Shown in pieces: positions 55,451 to 64,000 of a stretch of DNA of 64,000 bases. Every line of letters starts with the position of its first letter. Position 1 is the stretch's first letter. The notes below the pieces were generated by a model. It had not been told where the DNA came from and searched no databases. It saw only the letters and a program-made list of their open reading frames with translations. The position numbers were made by a program, and so were the translations under genes. The DNA comes from Eledone cirrhosa (lineage: Eukaryota). The stretch spans positions 392,894,001 to 392,958,000 of the forward strand of contig OZ024740.1 of assembly GCA_964016885.1 (NCBI GenBank), written 5' to 3'.

Positions 55451-58402
55451 TAGTCGTGAATCTTGGGAAAGGTCTGAAAGAATATGATCATGAATACCAC
55501 TGACCAAAATGGGGTCCCTCCAAAGAGTTTTCGAAATAATGCTACTCGATAGAATACATAGCTGAGAGATCAGGTTCGTTGAATTGTGCGATCACAGCTC
55601 TGAGCTATGTATTTTAAGAAAAAATAATTTACTGTTTTGAGCTCCATGTTTCTTTGGCTATGAATTAGAAGAATTATAATTGCCCCTGATTTTTATGTTT
55701 TTAGTTCAAATCCTGCTGACTTTAACTTTGCTTCTCATCCTGGGGTTAATATATTTGGCTGTACCCTTGTCTCCAAATTTCTGACCTTGTGCCTAAGTAA
55801 TAAATCATTAATCTTTTAAAGAATACATTTATTTTGTCTTCACACAATCTAGGACATACATTAAAACAGGTTGTAAAACTTGAAAACTAATATAGATGAT
55901 CAGGCATTTGTTTCTTATCTATTCAAGAAATCAATTCTTTAGTCCTGGGCTCATTAATATTACTATTATCATGTTCATAGAATTATTCTCCACAGTTTCT
56001 ATTAAGGTATCCTACATCAATGCTGTTTGGAAAAAAAAAAAGTAAAAATAAAATAGAAAACAAACAATAATATTTGCTAGTTGAAGATGTTTACAAAAAT
56101 ATATTCTTTCATTATTTGCTCATAACAATCAGCACAAGTTAATGAGTGTGTCATCATTAGGGTCAGGTTTATTTATATTTGTTTCATTCAATGTAAGTAA
56201 TGATGTTTATTGCCAGATAGAAATAACCACTCTTTACTTCTCATAACTTAAAAGCATTGATTTGGGTTTTCAAAACATTAAATTGGATTTCTATAATAAT
56301 ACACTAGCATTGACTAAAATGATCCTTAAAATGAATATAACTTAATCTATTGCTGTTCAAACTGGCCTTCACTTTATTACAGATTTACTTCATTAAAAAA
56401 AAATTAAACTGATTAAATTCTTTTTATTGAATTGAAAAATTTTATGATAGTTAAAATATATTGACATATAACAGAAAAAATGCTATTTTTACTAATTAGT
56501 GTATATAACAAAACAGAAAACTAAGATGTCAAACAAATAGAATTAAATCTGAGAAGTTTCAATACAATTATTTACCAATATAGGTTTACAAGAAAGAAAT
56601 ATTGAAGTACATTGCAATGCAAGCTCTTGCATTTTCTATTTCATTGTGCCATGCAAATTATTGGGTTGTTATTGTTTAATCCGAGTTCAGCTCTGATTGA
56701 GCAGACCAATGACAAAAGGCAGATAACCCACCACCTTTGCACTCCTTCAGTTGACTTTACCAATTATCAGACGGGTCCATCCCATGTTATTTATCTAGTG
56801 TGTCATTTTATACATTTTAAAATTTAAAAAAAATTTAGTTTAGTCAGAAAGAAGGGCAGTGCCGTGATCTTTTCCCAGAGCCCTCAGGATTGGTGACAGT
56901 AAGAGATGAATTAACCATAACATTGGATGATACAGTAGCAAGCTGTATATCAAAATATTTAATTTTCAGACTGATGACCTGACCCAAATGCTTGTAACAT
57001 ACTGGACTCTGGGTGACACTACATTTTATCATCCAATAGTGTAACTGTCCACTGTTTTAAGTGACTGGTTCCACAGTCCACAGTTTGTGATTGTATAAGC
57101 CAATTTAAATCTTCAAACAGAAATCCATTTACTGGGAGATGAATGGCAACATCATTTCTTGTATGGAAAATTTTCAGCAAGCAGATTATAGAATTATTTA
57201 AGAAGAAACCAGTTGAATTCAGTTGTAATTGTTTAGTCTTAGTTAGTCTTGATTGAGCAGATCTATGTTCAAAAGCCATTCAAGCCAACCCATCCTGTTT
57301 TCCTATGTGGAGGGAATCCTAGACCACATTATTTAACAGCTCTTTTGTGGTTTAATGGGGACTAGTATAAATAATAGGTTCAAATTAGACTGGTGCAGTC
57401 TATTAGGCTTAGTCAGAATTTAGTGATAGAGTTCCCAAGGGGGTTAATTTTGACCTACCAGAAGTCAGTTGGAATACCAATGGGGTTGATTGAATTTTTG
57501 GGCTAAAACCTGAATACATGCAATAAAATACAACATGCTTATACTGGTATCTGATTAATGTCTACTTATTTTATATTCTGTACACTGATTTATTTATTTA
57601 TTTTGAATATGGTGGGGGTCAATGAAGGGTCAAGAATTCCATGATGAGATTGATGGTTTAAACAATTTGAGGATTCCTCTGATAGAAGATACTGGATTAG
57701 TAGTAGAATTTCTCCAAACCTCAATTAAATATTTATGGTGTGTTTATTTGTGAATGTTATTGCCATTGCTTATGATTCATTGGCTAGAGCACTGTTTTCT
57801 CATATCTATTTAGGGTAATGTTGGAGTCTGACAGAACAGAGAATGGTATGCATTGGCAGAAATTAGTCCATAGAGCTGTCAATTACTGTGAAATTAGCTA
57901 GTAAATTTATTACTTTGTAGCTAAAATGACAATATTTTCTCTCTTTTTACCACTATCTGATGTCAAACAGGAGCCCAAAATGTTAGATTCTTCATTCCTC
58001 ACAGCATTTAAACACATCAAATTCTCCATCAAGAATTTATGTACTATTTCTGAGTGGTATTGTTTTAATGCTTGTCATTTGTTAGCTAGGGTACTTTTCA
58101 CCATATAGCAAAGCTATTATCAAATACTTGCTTTATACATTTTTTTCTAATCAAAATACTCACTATCAAATTCCTATTTTAGTGCTAATACATGAATCAT
58201 ACAAGCTGTCATTCTAATAGTGAAAAGTATGTCATCAGTAACAAAGGCAGTAATTCTCTTAGCGGCTTCTTAACACTTTCAACTTTTGAAACTACATAAT
58301 CACTGGCCAAGGATTCATTAATTTGATAATTGATCACATAGATATAGTAGTCTATAGTTTTTATAGATGAACCGTTTGTAGAGTAGATTTTATCAGTTTA
58401 TA

Positions 58403-59701
58403 CAGGGTGGGGCATAAAAACTGTTACAAAATAAAATGCAAATAGTTCTTGAAAAAAACATTTATTTCAAGATCTGACTTCAACAAATAGTAAATAATAT
58501 ACTATTAAACAACTGCACAAAAATTTATTCAAAATGCTTTCCTCTAGCTCTCACTACCGCTCAGTCTTCTAGGAAAGTCTTTGATGGCTGCACAAACAGT
58601 TTCCATGGGTATTTTCTCCCATACTTTATTCAGTTTTGATTTTAGAGTTTCAATATTTTGGCTAGGAGTAGAGCAGGCTTCACTCTCAAGAATTGACCAT
58701 AAAGAAAAATCGAGAGGGTTGAGATCTGGTGATGTGGAAGACCACTCTTCCTTACTGATCCATGCAGGACAATGGTCTCTACACCATTATTGTGTTACGC
58801 GAGCAGAGTGGCTCGTCGCTCCATCTTGTTGGAAAGTCCAAATCTGATCGCCATAAACAGATGTGCACCATGGCATCAGTTCGCCTTCCAAAATATCCTT
58901 TATGTAAAGTTCTTTGTTAATTTTAACTTCTTGAGACACAAAAATCAGAGGAGACTTCTCTCTTTCAGAAATGGCTGCCCAAACCATCACTGATGCTGGT
59001 TTCTGTGTTCTGAACACTTTTCCTACACTTGAAGGAATTGATTTGCGACTTTTTGCAAGTACTCCATCATTTTGATGATTGTGAGACTGCTGCACAGTGA
59101 ATAACTTCTCATCTGTAAAGATGATGTTTTGCAGCGTGCCATCCTTGATACGGTTCAATAACAGCTTACTTCTGGAGAGCCTCTTTTCAATTGTGGCTGC
59201 AGAAAGAAGCTGCATCTTTTGGAACTTATAGGGTGACATCCCCAGATCATCTCGACATATCCTCCACATAGTTCTCAGCGATGTTTCTGTTTCTTCTGCC
59301 ATTTTTCTCATGGACCTTCTTGGATTACGCCTTATTTTCTCCCTCACACTTTTAACGAGTTTTGGTGTTCTTGAGGTGCGAGGGTGTCCGGATCGAAGTC
59401 TTTGGTCGAGGAAGTTTCCTTAAATCGATCGATTGTCCTTTTGATCAACATTCTATTGATCTTAAGAGTTTTCCCCAGTTTAAATATCTCGGGTAGAGTC
59501 AGGCCTTTTTCATCCTTCTCTATTATGAACTTTCTTTTCAATTCTAGGGACATTGCAAATTGTTAATGGCGTAATGTTCTGAAAACTAGTTAATATGATT
59601 ATAGTGCATGGATTTGATACAAATATATTAGTTATATTAGTAACGTAATGTATTTTAAAAATTGATTTAAAACTTTGTAACAGGAATTATGCCCCATCCT
59701 G
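58403..59701 (-). mobile_element. Tc1/mariner superfamily transposon, DD37D (maT) family, full length 1299 bp
   Basis: TA target duplications at 58401-58402 and 59702-59703; TIRs CAGGGTGGGGCATAAAAACTGTTACAAA and TTTGTAACAGGAATTATGCCCCATCCTG. Confidence 0.93.
58525..59553 (-). pseudogene. Disrupted DD37D transposase
   Basis: IIFTDEKLF, FQQDGA and SPDLNPLD with 37 residues between the second and third Asp; frameshift near 59395 and premature TAA at 58787. Confidence 0.9.
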
Positions 59702-60104
59702 TAGAATATATACTCTGTATAAATGCTGCAAAGGTGTGTGTCCATTAGTTGAACTGTTTACTTGTAGAAGAAATGAACATTGCTCTCTTTTATGATTTGC
59801 TCTTGAATTTTCTTTAAAAAAAAAATTGAATGGCTAATTACAGCTGATAGATTACTTCCGATTTGACATTCTTTTGAATCACAAAAAATAGTGTTACAAA
59901 AAATAGTGTTACAAAATAGTGTTGAAGGGCTGACTTTGTAATGGTTAGAGACCTGTGGGGAAGTATTGAGTGTATAACATCTCTTGAATTGTATTGCAGA
60001 AAGGATAACAAAGGAAAAACAAAACAAAAGAAACTATTTTTGCATAAAATACATATCAGTGATTTTCTTGTTAGTTTTGAAAGTTTTGAAATGGAAAACC
60101 ATGA

Positions 60105-60792
60105 TTTATTGAATTGTTATTTATTGAATTGTTATTTATTGGATGACAAACATTGACAAACATAAGAAAAGCAATCTACCCCTTGTTTCTACACCTAACT
60201 AGAAGTTAGTTTACTGTTGACCAGTTCAATAACAAGTTTGCAGTAAAGGAATACCATCAACAGTTTGTTTTGTACAAGCTCACGAGCAAGGCTGTTTATT
60301 GTTATTGGAACTGATAAGGTGTTTTTACTACCCATGTATGTAGTTAATTGGCTCTTTGGTGATTGTTCGTCATCAGAGGTCTGTGTCCCTTACCTAGGAT
60401 GGCCATTGAGCTACTAGGTGGTTGAGCTACTTGAACAGGGCTGCTAATGTCAAGATGAGCTGGTGTCAATCTATTGATGGAAGCTGTGTGCTGTTGTCCT
60501 CCAATCAGGAGTTGAAATCATGCCGAGGAGTTGAAATCGCATCTGGATGAATCACGTCAAGGTCACCATTTATAGGTTTTGTTAAATTATATGCAAAATA
60601 ACAGTAAACTGTTATTTGTTGAACTGTTATTTATTGGATGACAAACATTGACAAACAAAAGAAAGAGCAATATACCCCTAGAGTTCAGGTTTAGTTACCT
60701 GCCACACCAGAAGTAACTTTCTGCTGACCAGTTCAATAAGAAGTCTGCAGTAAAGGAACGCCATCAACAGTTGATCTTTTACAAGCTTGCAG
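60105..60792. repeat. Pair of diverged direct repeats of about 180 bp (about 60105-60285 and 60610-60792)
   Basis: TGTTATTTATTGGATGACAAACATTGACAAACA and TGACCAGTTCAATAA..TGCAGTAAAGGAA..CCATCAACAGTT occur twice. Confidence 0.8.
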
Positions 60793-61351
60793 ATAATGCT
60801 CTACAATGGAATGTATATTTTTTAAGCATAAACAGAAGCTTTTAGGCATCAGACAGAAACAATTTTGACAATATCAAAGATACTCACACGCACAGAGTGA
60901 GAGAGTGAAAAAGAGTTAGTGATACATGAAGTTAGCTTGCCAAACATGTGAGTTGATAGATTGTACTTGCTAAATACTGCATTCATTAAATAGTATACCA
61001 AAGAGATACAGGTCAGTAATGATGAACAAGTCAGTCTTTTGTACTTTTACTTTTTATTTTGCTTTATTTTACTTTATTTATATTGATTCATTAAATATAT
61101 CTAGGATTTATAGGATGGGGATAGAACAGGAAGTATTGATGTTTATCTCTTTCCTGAAGACATCAGTTGTATGTCAAATAAAATTACTTCATCTGAGAAT
61201 TGAAAACAAATCACAGACTTGGCTTGCCAGGAGCTTATTTATTAATAAATGCAGCAACTAACTGGTGTAATCTGTCAATCACAATTTGGGCTTGCCAGTA
61301 GCCTATACCAATACCAGTTGTGTAGCATTAAATTATAAATATCTTTGGTGG

Positions 61352-61521
61352 CAGTATCAGTAGAGGGTCGGACGCCATGCTTTCCAGCATAGTTACGTCC
61401 CTTTACGATCTGAGTTCAAATCCCGCGAGGTTGACTTTGCCTTTCATCCTTACGGGGTCGATAAAATAAAGTACCAGTAATGCACTGGGTAATTGCTGGC
61501 CTTGTGCCTAAAGTAGAAACA
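61352..61521 (+). mobile_element. SINE family A with 25-bp TSD
   Basis: ATTAAATTATAAATATCTTTGGTGG at 61327-61351 and 61522-61546. Confidence 0.93.
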
Positions 61522-62192
61522 ATTAAATTATAAATATCTTTGGTGGATGTGTATATTCTCTCTCTTTTGCTCCCTGCTCTAAACCTATCATATGCACATC
61601 TACCACCTCAAAGGTGGTGGAAAGAGCTCTAAACACCCATCTCCTTTGTCCTCTTGCGCCTCTTTTGCTCTTTAATTCCCCACATAGAGCAAGAGCTATA
61701 TTTTGGAACTTGCTTTCATATAACACAGGCCAATGGTCTCTAAAACTTATGGGCTCTAAAACTTGGTCTCTAAAACGTATGTGAAAGTGATGTTAACATC
61801 AGCAAATCTTTTAATCATACCTGGCACATGAACCTTTTAGTAAAGTTACCAGTATAAAATATCCATCCATTTCTCATTTCTTGGATTGGAAATTTCTTGT
61901 TTGTGTTTATATATGGAGCTCTCTCTGACCCACATACTATCAACCCAAGAAAAAAAATAGAAAAACACATGTACCAACATACAACTAAGACCATTGCAAA
62001 CTATATAAATATTTAATTTGACATAGCAAACCATACATCAATAATGTAATGAAAATTGTATATAATAGGTTAAGCTCCTTTTGTAGGGCCAGAAAATAGT
62101 CCTGCATTGAACAGCTGGTGATCCTTTACAAGTCACACTTACTACTACTACTTGCATTAAAGTACTGCTCACATATCTGAGATGGAACAGCT

Positions 62193-62667
<475 letters not shown>

Positions 62668-64000
62668 TGAGTATGATTTATTGGCAGGAAGGTTTTTTGC
62701 TATATTTTTTTAGTAACTTCTTCAACGATTTTTCACACTTTTGTGGGACTGCAAGCCAAAGACACTGGTGCATCCATGCCTGCAGAATATTGTTGGAAAA
62801 GTCAGTGTAGTGGGTCTTGCTCTGGTTCTTTCTCTTTACTTCTTGTTGTTTTCAGACACAATCTATCTAGGCACATGTTATTCAATGTGGTCCTTCAATT
62901 TGTATGGTATGCAGGTGTCTCTGTTAGAAAGGTTTGGCTGCTATTTCTAGTAACTTAAGCTACTGTGATGGTTGAGGCTCTGTCATTTGATTGTTTGTGT
63001 GTACTGTTAATTATTAGCTATTTACGTTTACCTAATATTCTTAAATTGCACAATAATAGTATACAGTAATTACATCACTTTTAGTAGCCCACTAATAGTA
63101 ATCAAATAATGTCTTATGCCAGTGCCAGAATGAAGGAATGCTATGTAATATAAGAAAACCATTTTGCTTTAGAAAATTGTATTCTGTGCTAATAAACAGG
63201 AAAGGTTTTAATTTGATTATAAAGTCTGAGTATATAGTGGGACTTCCTCATATGGTTATTGGTATTTGCTAATTTCTTTGAATAGTCATTGCAAAGTATT
63301 CATATTTTGGGAGCATTATATCATTTCCTATTACTACTTGGTAAATAATTTAAATTATTTCTAAGGCATAATTGAGCAAAAGATTTTCAGATAAGAGATG
63401 CTCTACTAGAAAAAGTTGTCAAATCACACACCACTCTTCTTTAAAGAACTCCTCAAAAACATAGGGAACATGTGATAATATAATATTAGGTACACTATGC
63501 TCAGAAAAAAATGGCAACTGGATGATCATGATTGAAGTGTCTTTGATCATAGATCTGCACAATTCAGATTGACCTGCAGCTAAAACAACAAAGTATACCT
63601 GTGTAGATAATGATTAGATTTTAGAAATTAAATATTTTCCTTAATTGAAAGTCATTGCAGAGGTGGGAACCATTTCATATTGAAAGACCCCATTAAGTTA
63701 CTTGTAATAAGGCTGATTCAGGAAACTATAATTATATATTTTATAAAAATCTAATTATTATGTACTAATTATCTAAAAAATGAAAAAAAAAATTTTTTTT
63801 TTTAAAGCTAACTACCTTTTAATGACTTTGTTGTGATTGATTGTTGAAGGAAAGCATTTTGATATGTTATTGCAACATGGAGGTCTGAAGTTTCAACTGT
63901 ACCTCTAGATGGGCATCCACTATTTGAGATCTCAAAGGTGTCTTGATTTGGGTTAGGTAGGAGACTAGATTTGCAGCAATAAGTGGTCGAAAAGCAGGAG

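Overview
AT-rich, repeat-dense animal genomic DNA, most likely octopus or another coleoid cephalopod. The taxon is inferred from the SINE/RTE repeat types and the very long (TA)n arrays, not from a search. The only host gene is the 5' part of a sorting nexin-13 (SNX13) orthologue on the + strand, with four coding exons (27745-27872, 45330-45429, 53618-53707, 54847-54968) and a probable 5'-UTR exon (23072-23221). The rest is retroelements (two RTE LINE families, CR1-, Tx1-, I-group-like and Penelope fragments, three tRNA-SINE families), a DD37D maT transposon, Helitron remnants, fold-back elements, a 19-bp minisatellite and microsatellites. Nearly all long ORFs in the supplied track are microsatellite artefacts. 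The most notable finding is the 424-bp tandem repeat at 1-1221: each unit carries a type I hammerhead ribozyme with a minimal palindromic stem III, making it a candidate retrozyme array that could produce circular RNA. Also notable are a covarying pseudoknot/hairpin RNA module shared by LINEs and SINEs, a C4HC3 PHD finger inside the RTE polyprotein, and repeated insertion of one SINE family into the arms of fold-back elements. All alignments and RNA folds were done by eye, so boundaries of degenerate elements are approximate.
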